Below, piece after piece: positions 49,647 to 62,000 of a stretch of 64,000 bases of DNA. Every line of letters starts with the position of its first letter. Position 1 is the first letter of the stretch. This stretch comes from Eutreptiella sp. 'Long Island Sound 2002' (taxonomy: Eukaryota; Protista; Euglenida). The stretch covers positions 164,424,001 to 164,488,000 of the forward strand of contig OZ038378.1 of assembly GCA_964036045.1 (NCBI GenBank), given 5' to 3'. A program made the position numbers and the translations under genes. Under the pieces are notes generated by a model. The model was not told where the DNA came from. It did no database searches and worked only from the letters and a program-made list of their open reading frames with translations.

Positions 49647-50228
49647 CCCCCCCCCCCTTTGCGCATGCACGGCCTTGTCTAAGCACAGGCTGGGCGTTGA
49701 ACCGCCGTTTTGAGAAAATTTTGGGACCGCTGTTTTTGTTGTCCAGAATGGAGGAACGGGTGTTTGTAGAGCGTTTGTACAGGGAAAGAGGGGCTCAGGC
49801 ATGTTTGTGATAGTGCATTGTGTTCATAACAACATTTTACCGCACATTGCAACCCCATGCTGTTTGTTCTGATGTGATTTTCAGCCAACATGGCGAACAA
49901 TTTTATTCCTAGCATAGCTGTCACGTACGTTCGGAGCACTGGGGAACATGTGTCTGCACATATTTTTCGTCCCTCTCGTCATGGGGACAACTACATCCAT
50001 TTGAAGTACATGCGGAATGGTAAGGAGATTGAGCACAATGCCGCTTTTGATAAACTGCTCTTCCCCATTCGCAGCCCCTCGCCATCCCCATCTGAGGCCC
50101 CCCCCACATGTTTGCTGTCACGTGTGTCGCGCGCATGCACGGCCTTGTCTAATCACGGGGTGGGCGTTGAACCGCCGTTTTGACCTGTCTTTTGGGACTG
50201 CGGCTGTGCTTGCGCAGGGGGGGGGGGG
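49647..50228 (+). mobile_element. Second copy of the TA-flanked TIR element (582 bp), with a 97-codon ORF at 49890-50183
   Basis: TA|C-run-TTTGCGCATGCAC ... GTGCTTGCGCA-G-run|TA; direct repeats start at 49661 and 50131. Confidence 0.75.
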
Positions 50229-51402
50229 TAAACGGTGTAGGCGCGGCCCAAACGACTACATCATTTTGGGGGGGTCAAGAAAAATGTGTGTGTTGGTTTT
50301 GTGTGCTCGTGCTTGCCTACCACAGTATTGTGCTCCACGAATGAATATAATACTGCCACAATTATTTTGGGGGCGGGGTGGGGGGGGGGGAAGGCTGAGG
50401 ACCCCTGAAATGACGAAATGACGATTACGAAATTGCAATTTGCAATGCTTTTTGCTTAGCAGGTATGCCTCACCGTTGCATGTATCGCCGCTGCCAACGT
50501 CCAATGAATCTGCCGGGACTGGGTTGCCCAGGTTATGCACTCCTTCCACAGCATTGTCATCACCTCTGGGCACTCACGTCTTTGCAGGTTTGTGCTCCGC
50601 GCAAGGGGGGGGGGGCGTGAACGGCCTGTGCTGCGTGCTGCTTCGTTCATACCCCAAAGACGGCGGGGGCGGGCAAGTGCTGTTTCACCTGTTGCGCTGG
50701 TCGAAGTACACAGGGATATCGTTGTCACATTACAAACAAGAATTCATGGTTTCATACATTTTTAATGGGATTTTCCATCTTCGGTTGCTTTGATTTTGCA
50801 TGCCACCACTTATACCTCCTGTTTTCTTCAAGAAGTGTCATGATTCATGCATCTACTTTAGGTTGCATGTCACACACGTGTGACTCCAAAAAAAGTCTTT
50901 TAAGAAGCTTTCATGAATTACCAGTCCACCTTTGCTTGCGTGTGTAACCACACTTTGAACAAGAAGGTTTTTGCAACAGGTGTCACGGATTGTTCGTGGC
51001 TACACCAAATCACGTGGACACTTTTGAACGATTTTTTTTTTTGAAGAAGTCACCATGCATCTTTGCTTCGCCGTTGCTTGCATGTCACACCACATCACTA
51101 GGCGGTCTTTCGAAATCTTTCGGCAAAAAATTTCATTGACCATTTCTTTGTTTTTTGTTTTTTGTTGCCTCCCATACCACTGCGTGCGCTTCGAACACTT
51201 TTGCCCAAGGAATTGCATGGATCATTGCTTGTCTTTGGTTGTATGTCACGCCACACTAATCGATGCCATTGATCACTTTCCTTCAAAAACTTGCATGGTT
51301 GGTTGTTGCATAGATGTTAGGCCACAACATGGGGTCCACTTGGAAGAAATCTTTTTTGCATCAATCACCATCTTGCTTTCTTAGTGTCTATTTTTTTTTC
51401 GC

Positions 51403-53079
51403 TTGGGCGAAAAGACTGTAGACACTTCCCCACTGACAAACCTGGCAAAGGCCGTGGTTTCACAAAATGGAGATTGCACAAGATCGGAAGATTTGCTACG
51501 AGAGACGAAAACCTTTAGCTGTGGTTCCCCAAACTCTCTAAGGGAATTTGCCAAACCTCGTATCGGCGGTCCCACCGGCGGCCAGGTTGGCCACCGCTCT
51601 GCTATCATTCACGGAACTAGTACAACGGCATGCCTCCGACCCCGGAGGCCCAATCGAAGTGTACGTTCGACAGATGCACAATTTAAGAAGACGATTGCAG
51701 ATGCCAAGAGTAAAGCCCTCTCCAATGTTACGGTTTGCAAAAACCGGACAGCTGACATCCTGAGTAAATTGAATAGGGAGGAAGAATGGCAGGCGTTGGT
51801 GGAGTCTACGTGTGAGGCTATCAGCAGCGAGGAAACCGATGGGGACCGCCTACAAAAGGCATCCATGAAGGAATCCAACTACCATTACATCGCCAAGATC
51901 CTGAACCCCATCCACATGCGGATGCCAACAGACCTCATGATTGCCCTGGGACCGGCTGTCGGATCTGAGCTTGAACCTGAACCTCATGACACAGAGGATT
52001 TGTGGGAAGAGTATTCTGAAGGCAATGTCAGGGAACACAAGTGCGAAATCTTGAGTTCACAAACAGCGTCATCACTCAGTGGACCACTGTCAGGCGGCAT
52101 GTCGAGCAGACAGCCTTCAGCAGTTGAGAGTCTGGGAGTGGAGGCTAATGCCCATGCGACAATGGCCCACCAGCATTGTGGGGACAAATCAAGCGCCCAA
52201 ACTGAGAGGTCACTTGAAATTGAACCGGAGATCCGCGAGCAGGTACGAATAGCCGAACGGGCATGTATCATGAGGGAGCTCCATGAAGATTTAGAAAGGG
52301 AGCAACGAGCTTTAGAAGTTGTCAAGGACCGCAACACGGAACTTAAAGAGCAGTGGGAAAGTCTTCAAGTGGCCTTGAACATGTCAAATCTGCGGGTAAA
52401 GAAGCTGAACAAAGATCTGCTGACGACGTCTGCAGAGTTGAAGCGTGTTGAGGCACTAGAAGAAGCGGAATTCCCAGAATTCACTGCAGAGGACGGGAAG
52501 CGAAGTTCATCAATCCAGTCTCCCATGTCAAGGCCGTTGCCTCTTTGCTGCGATTTTCACAGTGCAGATTTAAAAGCCCAGATTCAACATGAAAACGAGT
52601 TAGTGAAGCAGCGCAAAATGGAAAACCAGCGGTATCAGGACAGTTGGAGGTGGCTTGTGGATAAACATGAAGGCCCTGGCAAGCTTAGGCAGCCAAATTA
52701 TTTGAAACGCGTTCCGAAAATGCTGGATGAGAGGGAAGTTCGCAGAATCCACCTGCACCACCGATGGAAGGTGCAAAGGATGCTGGCTGGTCTCGAGCGC
52801 CTGCGTATGGAGCATCTTGATGATTCTGTCCACCTTGATATGATGTGTATGATGTCCCCAGTTTCACGAGACAGTGTCCGCAGTCTCGCAAGTTCAAGCA
52901 CCAACAATAACACACACACAGACTCTGACTGGGGGCGAGAGGAATCCAGGCTTTCCGGACGAGAGGAATCCAGGCTTTCCCTGCAGCAGCGAGAGGAATC
53001 CAGGCTTTCCCTGCAGCAGCGAGAGGAATCCAGGCTTTCCCTGCAGCAGCATCCTTACTGGGAAACGAAAGACAGCTGA
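51403..53079 (+). CDS. Uncharacterised protein with coiled-coil segments and C-terminal REESRLS repeats; probably one large exon whose true start is unresolved
   Basis: 558 stop-free codons in non-repetitive sequence; coiled-coil-like block (ELHEDLEREQRALEVVKDRNTELKEQWESL); in-frame ATG only ~150 codons in; candidate AG acceptors at 51421 and 51673. Confidence 0.7.
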   Translation: MGEKTVDTSPLTNLAKAVVSQNGDCTRSEDLLRETKTFSCGSPNSLREFAKPRIGGPTGGQVGHRSAIIHGTSTTACLRPRRPNRSVRSTDAQFKKTIADAKSKALSNVTVCKNRTADILSKLNREEEWQALVESTCEAISSEETDGDRLQKASMKESNYHYIAKILNPIHMRMPTDLMIALGPAVGSELEPEPHDTEDLWEEYSEGNVREHKCEILSSQTASSLSGPLSGGMSSRQPSAVESLGVEANAHATMAHQHCGDKSSAQTERSLEIEPEIREQVRIAERACIMRELHEDLEREQRALEVVKDRNTELKEQWESLQVALNMSNLRVKKLNKDLLTTSAELKRVEALEEAEFPEFTAEDGKRSSSIQSPMSRPLPLCCDFHSADLKAQIQHENELVKQRKMENQRYQDSWRWLVDKHEGPGKLRQPNYLKRVPKMLDEREVRRIHLHHRWKVQRMLAGLERLRMEHLDDSVHLDMMCMMSPVSRDSVRSLASSSTNNNTHTDSDWGREESRLSGREESRLSLQQREESRLSLQQREESRLSLQQHPYWETKDS

Positions 53080-56000
53080 GACCCTCACGCTGTGCCCATC
53101 TAGCACCATACAGACCACTGAATGGCCAGCAGTTCCTTGCTGGCAACCCTTATCCATTTGACTGCAATTCTGCCACCTCACACCTGTAAGCTATCGTGAA
53201 ACACAATTGGTACTCTAATCCTTCTGGACAACTTTTCAGTGGACGAATGCGTTGTGCTTCCTGTGTGATTTGCTATGGTGCAAGTACATCCGAAGAAATA
53301 TTTGGAGTTGCACAAGTGGTGTGTGTTTGGGTGGGGCTGTGAGGACTATCCTGAAGGTGACCTGAGGGCAGAAAGGCTCAGAACAGGGCAGGGGGACAGT
53401 TACACACATTGCACACACAGAGTTTCTAACCGTTGTATTGATTCCCAGCATGCACTTTGAGTTGCTTCCCCAAATGACCACTGCTGCTTGGGTGTGGCAG
53501 TGGGTCCAGCTGTCATCTAGTCAGCCAAGAATACGTCAACAGACCTCGACTGAGCAGCCTCACCAAAATTCGGCCGTCTGCCGGGGTGTTCTGGAGGACT
53601 GTTGGTGTTGCTATCACATGGTATCCTCCCAAATGCTGCCATCCCTTGTGTTGCCATATTTGTTGCCATTTCGCTGCCCACATACTGTTCAATGTTGACT
53701 CTCTTTGCTGTTGTCCTCAGGCTTCTGCAATTTTTGGGACTGTTGGGTGAGGGCCAAGTTCTGCAATTCTAGCGAGCCAAAGGTCCCTCAGGAACAGATG
53801 GCTTTGTGTCCAGCAAACAGAAATCTCTTCAGACGGTGTTCGACTGTGCATCTGATGTGCATGCCATTGGGTTTTTGTACCACTAGTCGCATTTAGGTGG
53901 GAAGTTATTCTTCTGCACTCTTTAAAGTTCTTTTGCTAACTCTTGAAAGCAATAACTCCGCCACCTACGTCGATGTAAAGACCCAATGACCGACAGTTTA
54001 TGGCTGCTGTGTGCGTTGCACTTCCAACATCTAAACCATCTGTGTGCCTTCTCTCATGATGGCCTACGTTACCTGTCCACTGAAGGGCCAAGCTCAGCAA
54101 TGCAATATGCAATAACGCATAATCCTGGGAAAGGTTGTGCCAAACAAGGCAACCAGTCTTGCAAAATTGAGTGGTTTGTGCTGGGCAGGTTGTCATGCAG
54201 AATGGGCATCATCATTTGCTCCATGTTTTTTAGGTGCAGCTTACAGATGCTCCCTCCCCTCTCCCCCCCTTCTGCTGTGAAATGATCTAGCCGATTGCCC
54301 TTGTATTTGTCTTCTGCCGGTGTAGCACCATCGATATTGCAGTGTATATTGGCATCATGTATCTTGGACCTGGGACATCAACTGGGCCATTCCGTCTTGC
54401 CCTTGCTTGGCTGCTCACTTCAGTGTGCACTCTACGTCATGGCATACGGTCCAGCTCTTTTGTATGATCAGGCATGGTGGCATCGTCCCGCAACCTCCAA
54501 ATGCCAACTCATCCCAAAAGTTGGGTTCTGTGCAGACCTTTTTATGAGGCTGTCTTTTGGAAGTACGTGTTTGGGGTGGAAGGAATGGGTCACTTGGTGT
54601 TGTGGTGCACGTTGAGTTTCCTCAAATGGTAGCGCAAGACGGGCTGTTTTGACGACACCAATCCCCGCGGGGTTCACCACTGTGAGTGATGGATACGAAT
54701 CTTGATTGCATGGGAAGTGGACCACTCTGGCACTGTAGTGCAGCCAAAGACATGATGTGTGTAGTTATGGAGTGCTACACAGGTGCCATATGCAAACCTG
54801 TGGCCAAATTACATCTCTCTCAGCATCGCAACCAATTGTGCGTTTTCGGGGGTCGCAGCCCTGTTGCCTCATTTGTGTTCACTCAGTGTCCCGTAGGTAG
54901 GGGTATGTGGGTATACTCAGAAAGCCCTTGAAAAGGGCTGTTCGGAGATGTATGAGTTGGGGGGAGGGGGCCCGGAAACATATTTTTTTGTAAATTGGCC
55001 GTTACTGTTGATTGTTTGGGTTTTTTTTTTTGCCTGTTCTAGTCAGGTTTCAGACACACTGCACTGCACCCCTACCCCCATTACTGGGTGCACTTTTGGG
55101 GGGGTGGGGAGAGGTCCCCCCTCCTATTTTGGGGTTGGAAAATTCAAAAAGTTATATTTTGGAGAAGATTGGGACAGTGGGAGGAGCTGTACGAGGGCAA
55201 AATTATGAAAAAATGGGGTACCCAGAGTAGTAACAAATAGCCATTTTCCCCAGAAAAATAGCCCATCCCTACCCTTTAGCCCCCGCAATACCATGGAAGT
55301 TGGAGACATTCCCCTTCCTTTTGCTTATTTTCACCATTCACAGTCACTTTTAGGGGTTAATAATGGCTCACGTCACCAATTTTGTCCCTAAGTTGCAATT
55401 TTTAGCAATCTGCGCAGGATGACGCCATGCCCTATTTTTCGCCTTTCCTCCCCCTTACTGGGCCCCAAAACACGCCCCTATCCATCTAAATACCTTCCAA
55501 AACATGTTTTTTTAGTTCCCCAGCCTCGATATTGGGAGGGATGTCCTTAGGCCCACACACCAAAGCGAGAGTTGTAAAAAATCCCAAAAGAAGGCAAAAC
55601 ACGCAAAGTTGGCACACCCTGAACGAGGGCGAGAGACATATATCGTGTGGTCTGGTCTGCTGATGTAGAGAAAGGGGGTGGTGCGGGGGAGTTGAATGGG
55701 TCCACAACCTGTTTTTTATCAGACCATGTAAAAATGTGTCTCAAGGGCATGTGCTGCCATGGTGTATCAATGAGCTGCACATGGGGAAAGTGGAGAGAAG
55801 CAGCTGGTCACTGCCATGAGCAGTCATAAGCAATCGGAACAATGTTGTCAACAGCACAAACGATGTTGTTGCACACATGAAGAAGGTGTGCGCTCACAAA
55901 AATCAGTGTGTGCATGTGGTTGTGGATGGTTGTTCCTGAGGGTGGAGGTGAGGCACACGTGGCGATCGCTCACGACAGCCATCCTGTCCTTGGCCTTGAC

Positions 56001-57380
56001 CTTCCTTGGCACCCCATCGTGCATCCACGGCAAACGGGGTCGCCAGGGGAGTTCGATGCTGGTGAGGTGAGGTGGAAAAAGTACAAGGGGAAAGCACTTT
56101 GGTTTTCATTTGGGAAAAGGGGGTGTCCCCGAAGCGGGAATGGAAATCAGAACAGACTTGCCGCTAGCGTTTGCCAGGTCACACGTGATCAGATGGAGCT
56201 GGGTCCTACCGGGTCTGACACGGGACGCAGCCGGTTCCTACTGAGCTCCGGGTGCGACAAATGGTACGGAGCTGATGATTCCTAACGAAACTCAGTTCCC
56301 CTGCCGGACACTAGCGGCATGTCTGAATCAGAACTAGCTGCGTAACGCTCTCCCTCCCGCTGTCCACGAAGCAGGATGGCGATCCAAATTGGCTGCATAA
56401 TCCCGGCGTCTCGCCTTGCCATCTTCGGGGTTCCCAGAGTGGGGACGGACATCAGAGGTGGCTACACTTGGGTACATGTTTTGACCTGCAGTTACACTGC
56501 AGGGCACAGGCAGGGGTAGACAGGGTGATGGCTGCAAAACGAAAGAGTCATGTAGATCTGGCCACCTGCCACAACTTCGGGTGGGTGGGCGCCAATTGCA
56601 CCCTGGGACACAGAAGATGTGTGTGGCTCTCCCATCGGCGCTGTTACTGGTCAGCAACCCTGAGGTGCGGATGAGGATCCCAGCACCCAGATCCCAACCA
56701 ACCCAGGCATTCGGTAATCGGACCTCATACTTCAGTCAAGCCCACCGAACGGCGATTTTGTTGGGAACAGCACTGCGAGGGGGTTGCAGGAAAGTTGTCA
56801 TGAGCGTTGTGCTTGCTAAGCGTGGGGCGGAGGAGGCAGCTGGGAAAATGCAGACAGCGGGTGAGCAGATGCAATCAGACCCTCAACATTGCCAAAGCCA
56901 ATTCCCAAAGGGCAAGTGTAACGTGAGGAGTTAAAATTGTTTTGTTGGTGAGCTCTCATGGCTAATGGCGGTGGTGCTGATGCCGGTCCTGGCGCATACG
57001 CAGCCGCAGCCTCCAAAACAATTCCATTGTCGGGAAGAGCAACACAGGGTCCGCTAATGGAGCATGAGTTTCTGGGTGGCTGGATGCAAAGAGGATGGAC
57101 CTCTTGCTGCTCATAAACCAGGCTGAGCCACACAACGCATGCTAACGGGTGACCCTGACCCAATGCAGCGGACAATGTTGCCGTTTTTTGAATCTTTGAT
57201 TTGTCTTGACCGGGAATGTCAGCAGCAACAAAGTGCACACGTCATGTGCACGGCAATGCTGCATGCGGACGTTGAACGCATGCATTGACCGATACGAGTC
57301 ACAGCGTTGCGCGTCTCAGTTTCGTCCATCGGGCATGTGCATATGCCTCAGGCAGGCCTCCCTGTGTTTATTGTGTGTCA

Positions 57381-57386
57381 ATTCAG
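57381..57386 (+). promoter_or_regulatory. Putative spliced-leader trans-splicing acceptor (ATTCAG) 21 nt upstream of the ABA4-like ATG
   Basis: TG/T-rich tract then AG, short 5' UTR, then GCC-ATG-G. Euglenozoan mRNAs receive a spliced leader at such sites (inference). Confidence 0.4.
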
Positions 57387-57406
57387 AGGCCCATTTCTCT
57401 ATCGCC

Positions 57407-59032
57407 ATGGCAAGCAAGGCTGAGCCCTGCCATGGTGCTTGCAACCGTCCCACTGGTCTGCAGGCCGCCTCCCTTCTGGCCATCGGTGCCGGGGCCTGCG
57501 TTGCCGTCGTCGTCGCTCTGCGCGCCCCGACCGTTCTGGACCAAAGTGTGTTTGCCTCGGCGCTGGCGCCCACATCCGTGGGACACCGCGCCTCCCTGAG
57601 GGCCCCGGTCGCCCGTCCCCCGGCCGCTGACGCACGCTACGCCGCGCGAGTGCCCCCCACCCACGTCCATCCCCCGGGGGACCGCATGCCCCGGCATGGC
57701 CTCGGTGCCCGGGACGCCGCCGTTCAGAGCGGCGGTGACAGGCACGCCGCTCTGCTGTCGTTGCCCGCGTCGGCCTGGGCCCTGCCGGTTGCTGCGTTGG
57801 CCGCGTTCGCAGGCGTCGTCACCGCCGTCCGGAGGAGCTGGCGGCAGGAAAGGGGGGCGAGGCCAGGGCTGCTGGGGGGCCTGGCTGCGCTGTCCCTGAC
57901 GGCATCCCCCGCGCACGCCGCGGCCACGGACGTGCAGCACCTGGCCACCATCGTCCCCAGCGAGGCCCATGCCGCTGCACAGGCTTCACCGGCGTACGGC
58001 ACGTCGGCCCCCGCCTTCCAGGGCCTACGGTACAGCGACGCCCCGGACGTCATGGCAGAGGCCAGCCAAAGGCCTCCCCTCGCAGAGCCCTCCCTCGGGG
58101 CAGGCACGCCCGTCAGCGCCGTGCGCCCCATCGCTTTGGTGGGGGACGCCGCCGGCACCGTCTCCCGGTTCCCTTCCGTGGCCCCCGAGGTCCCCCAGAA
58201 GTACACCCCCCCGCCCATCCCGCCCCTGCCCTCCATTGAGGACCTCCGCGACCTCCGCGTGCCCCGCGTCGAAGACATCAGAGCCGAGATGTCCCGCGCG
58301 TCCCAACAGGTCAGCCTGCCCCGCCTGCCCGACCTGCCCTACGTCGACCTGAAGCCGCTTTCCAGATTCCTGCGGCATCCCCCGCAGCTTTCGGAGACCC
58401 CGGAGCTCTTCACGGAGGTCGCGGACGTCATTGACGCGGAAGGGTATTCGGCGGCCCAGGCCAAGCTGGCGGTCAAGCCCCTGTTCACGACCTTCAACGC
58501 GTTCTTCCTCCCCCCCTTCGCGCTGATGATCTTCCTGCCCAAGTGGCCCGGCACCCAGAGCCTGCTGAGGTCCCCGCTCGTGCCCGGGGTGGCGTCGGGG
58601 CTGTTCCTGCTGGAGCTGCTGTCGGCCACCCGGGCGGACTACGTGTTGCCTGACGGGGCCTTCGATGCGGACCGCTGGCAGCAGGCGGCCACTTATTTGT
58701 TGACGCAGGCGGTGGCGGATCCAGCGTTCATGCGGGATTTTGCCAATTCCACGCCGTCGTACCAGGCGCAGGATTGGCTGCACGTGTGCGCCTGGGACCT
58801 GATCGGGGCGCGCTGGATTTACCTGGACGGGCTGGAAAAGGCCATCTGGACGTCGCACAGCATCTTTCTGTGCCAGGCCGCAGGTCCTGTGGGCTGGTTG
58901 TCGCACGCCATCACGTCTGGCGTTGTAGGCGGGGCGCGTTGGACCAAGGGCCTCCTGCCCAAGCCGAAGCAAGACGAAGGGGAAGCCGATCCGGTTGGGT
59001 TTGATGAGGCCAGCGATGAAGCTGTGCTGTGA
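57407..59032 (+). CDS. ABA4: Plastid-targeted ABA4/DUF4281 (neoxanthin biosynthesis-like) membrane protein, intronless, 541 aa
   Basis: C-terminal domain NAFFLPPFALMIFLPKW...WLHVCAWDLIGARWIYLDG...HSIFLCQAAGPVGWLSH matches ABA4-family motifs as I recall them. N-terminus has TM1, an A/R/P/S-rich transit region, TM2 followed by RRSWR, and a third hydrophobic stretch ending PAHA. GC-rich codon usage. Confidence 0.8.
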   Translation: MASKAEPCHGACNRPTGLQAASLLAIGAGACVAVVVALRAPTVLDQSVFASALAPTSVGHRASLRAPVARPPAADARYAARVPPTHVHPPGDRMPRHGLGARDAAVQSGGDRHAALLSLPASAWALPVAALAAFAGVVTAVRRSWRQERGARPGLLGGLAALSLTASPAHAAATDVQHLATIVPSEAHAAAQASPAYGTSAPAFQGLRYSDAPDVMAEASQRPPLAEPSLGAGTPVSAVRPIALVGDAAGTVSRFPSVAPEVPQKYTPPPIPPLPSIEDLRDLRVPRVEDIRAEMSRASQQVSLPRLPDLPYVDLKPLSRFLRHPPQLSETPELFTEVADVIDAEGYSAAQAKLAVKPLFTTFNAFFLPPFALMIFLPKWPGTQSLLRSPLVPGVASGLFLLELLSATRADYVLPDGAFDADRWQQAATYLLTQAVADPAFMRDFANSTPSYQAQDWLHVCAWDLIGARWIYLDGLEKAIWTSHSIFLCQAAGPVGWLSHAITSGVVGGARWTKGLLPKPKQDEGEADPVGFDEASDEAVL

Positions 59033-62000
59033 TGTCCGGTGCACTTTATATTTCCTGAAAAGCGTCGCATCCAAAGGCATTTGGTACGCACTGGAAGGCC
59101 ACGCCTGCCATTTTAGTGTTGCGCATTTCAGATTCTCAAGGGGCCAGAGGCTTGTGTCTCGAAACTCCAGGGTCCAAGCTGCAACGTGTTTTTGCTGCAA
59201 TTGCCCTCGGCAGGGGACTTGTTTGTAGGTTTTTCTGTCTCACAGCCTTTGGTGTTGAGTTTTTGTATCTTTTTCGGGGTTATTGTCTGCGTGGTCGGGA
59301 GAACCACCAGTTGCAGACGCAAATATGTCCTGGACTTGCTCCTTTGCATCATCGCTCTGAAACCCCCTGGCTCACTTGGTGACAGAGTTGGGTCCGAGGT
59401 CCGCATTTCATGCCACTTACCCGACGTCTGGTTGGCCCAGTCTGATTGCCAGTCAGACTGTCGCATCGGAATGCTTAGTTCAATATCACGTTAGATATGG
59501 AACATTTGGGTGCATTTTGGTGTTGTGCACACCACATGCCCGACAGCCTCTTCGCCTCAGGGTTTACTACATTCTCTGGTACTGCATCGCATGAGACATA
59601 CTGCAAAACTGTATGCTGTATGCTGTATGCTCTGTCAATCATCATATGAAGTGCATATAGACCTGCCTGGACCAGCCACAGACTTGTTGAAGTGGTCCAA
59701 AAACAGAACTGTGGATGGCTGGTAAACATAATATTTCCAAGTACCTGAGATGGACAACGAAACAACATTTTTGGGATTCTCTATCTATTTTGCTTATCTT
59801 CACTGCTGCAAGCATCAAATGGGTGATCCATTTGTGCCCACACCTCTGATGAAAGTGGGCAGCCACAGCCATACCAAACAGCTCTCTTTCGCTCCTTCAG
59901 AAAACAACTGATTCCAAGACCAGAGTGTACACCGAGACCAGTGAACTTTAGGATGATGCTCAGGTTGAGCCTGGCTGATTGTTCATTTTCTGGTTCCTTA
60001 TGTTTGGCTTCTTTTACACCCGTTCACTAATGCTACAGCATTCTGTCCGTTTGGCAGCATTGTATCGAGTGCAAAAAAAAAAATCCGTCCATTTACACAA
60101 TCCAGTGCGGCCAGGTTTGCCCTTTTCGGAGCCTTTGGGAACCTTCATCTCGGAAAACCCTGTCAGAATCTCTTTGTGAATTCAGCTTCAAAGAGTGCAA
60201 TTGTTCAGTTGCACTGTGCTTGTGTGCACGCCAAACATTAGCATGAACAAACCGGTGGTCAGAAAAAGGGGAACCGTCTAAAACTAGTGCAACAGCAAGG
60301 TCAGCACAATACATGAGTCCATGCAGGTATTGCTGTGCAGTGCTTCACGCCGTGCCATCACTACTCACCACACAAAACACCAGCGGGGCACGGGTGTAGG
60401 GGAGCTAAAACGGTTGATTAACCCGCGGCCGAAAACTTTTGGCAGTGGTGCGTAGTGGCACCACAACCGAAGGACGACATATGATAGCAAAGCAGTCCTG
60501 AGCGGGCACAGCAGCACGAAACAAACGGACACCACAGAACGGAGGAGGGGAAGACACAAGGATAAACATGCGGCAAAAGTGTCAAGGGCTGGACGAGAGG
60601 TGCGCTGCAAGCAAAATATGCAAAAAAAAATGCACAAGTGAGGTGGCGCAGGGATCCCCAGGGGGTCTTGGCAGGGCACTAACGTGCATGCCCATGCGCG
60701 GGCATGGCTGAGTTGAGGGATCCCGCGCTACAGCACCGGTGCCGACACTTTTACACCTGACCCGGAGCACAGCGCACTTCAACCAACCCCGCACCCCGAC
60801 ATGCAGTTGTAGTGCCTTGTTGTGTCTCGATGTGCCTTTGCAGTGCTTGTGCGCACATCACCCACAGCATGAACTGACTGGTCGGAGAGGAAAGGAGAAA
60901 ACGGATAAGTACAGCAGCTAAAAGGGAAAAAGTGGAACCAAGGTAAGGTTGTACCAGATGAATAATGCTGTACAGCGCTGTGCACTGCAACGCAATGCTT
61001 CGCAAGAATGACACTCATCACTATCACTAGCACGGCATGGAGTCGAGAGGGCAATGGTGGAAAAGCCTGCAGCCAAAATTGGCGGCGGCACATAGGATGT
61101 GCTGCCAATAATGAAAGGGTGACCCAGGATAGCCAAGCAGTCCTTGGCAGGCACGACAGCACAAAGAGAATGACCGGAACAGAATTGGACAGTCGGGAGA
61201 CAGACACAAGGTGAAACCGGCGACAAACACGCCTGGGGCTAGGCAAGAGCTGCGCAACAAGGAAAATGAGCAAACCACTTGCAGTTTCACCCCAGCCGGA
61301 ACACATCGCACCATCAACCGACTCCGTGCCCTTTTAGGTATTGCTCTCGCTGTGCCTTTGTCAAGAAGCAAAGGAACAACGCAAGAGCGCAGATGGGATG
61401 GAGACAACATGTCCCGGTGGAAGTAGGGTGGAGGCAAAGGTGCATAGCACACAGAGAGGTACAACAAGGGGGGGGGCGGAGAACACCCCAGGGGGCACGG
61501 GGAAGACCGTGAAGCGGGCTGGAAAGATCCCGCCGCCAGAAGTTTATGGCGCTAGCACGTAGAAGTGCGACACAAGCCTGCACATTGGTTGACGTTTGCA
61601 AGTTCAACGTAGAGCAAGTACAACCACCATGCCCAATTGGACAATCAACAAACACCAAGTGATAGCCACCAGGAGGCTCATGGCCGTCCTTGACTAAGTA
61701 GTCCAACATGCAGACCCGCGGATCTAGCACTTGTACCAAGCAATTGCCGATTTCAGGCCCGGCCATGCCCAGTGGGGTGACGGCAAGTGGAAGTCATGGG
61801 CAGATGTGATGCTTGATGAAGCAATCCGAAGAATGCACACAGAGTTGTGCCCACAAGTCTGGCCAGTGCTGCGACAATCGCTGCAGGTAGAGGTTCGCGG
61901 CATACTCAACATGGCGTGGCATTGGCTGGTGGGTGGGCTGACCAAAGCGGGTGACGAGAACATGAATGCGGCCACTCATGGCGCCGAGTGCCCCAAGGAG

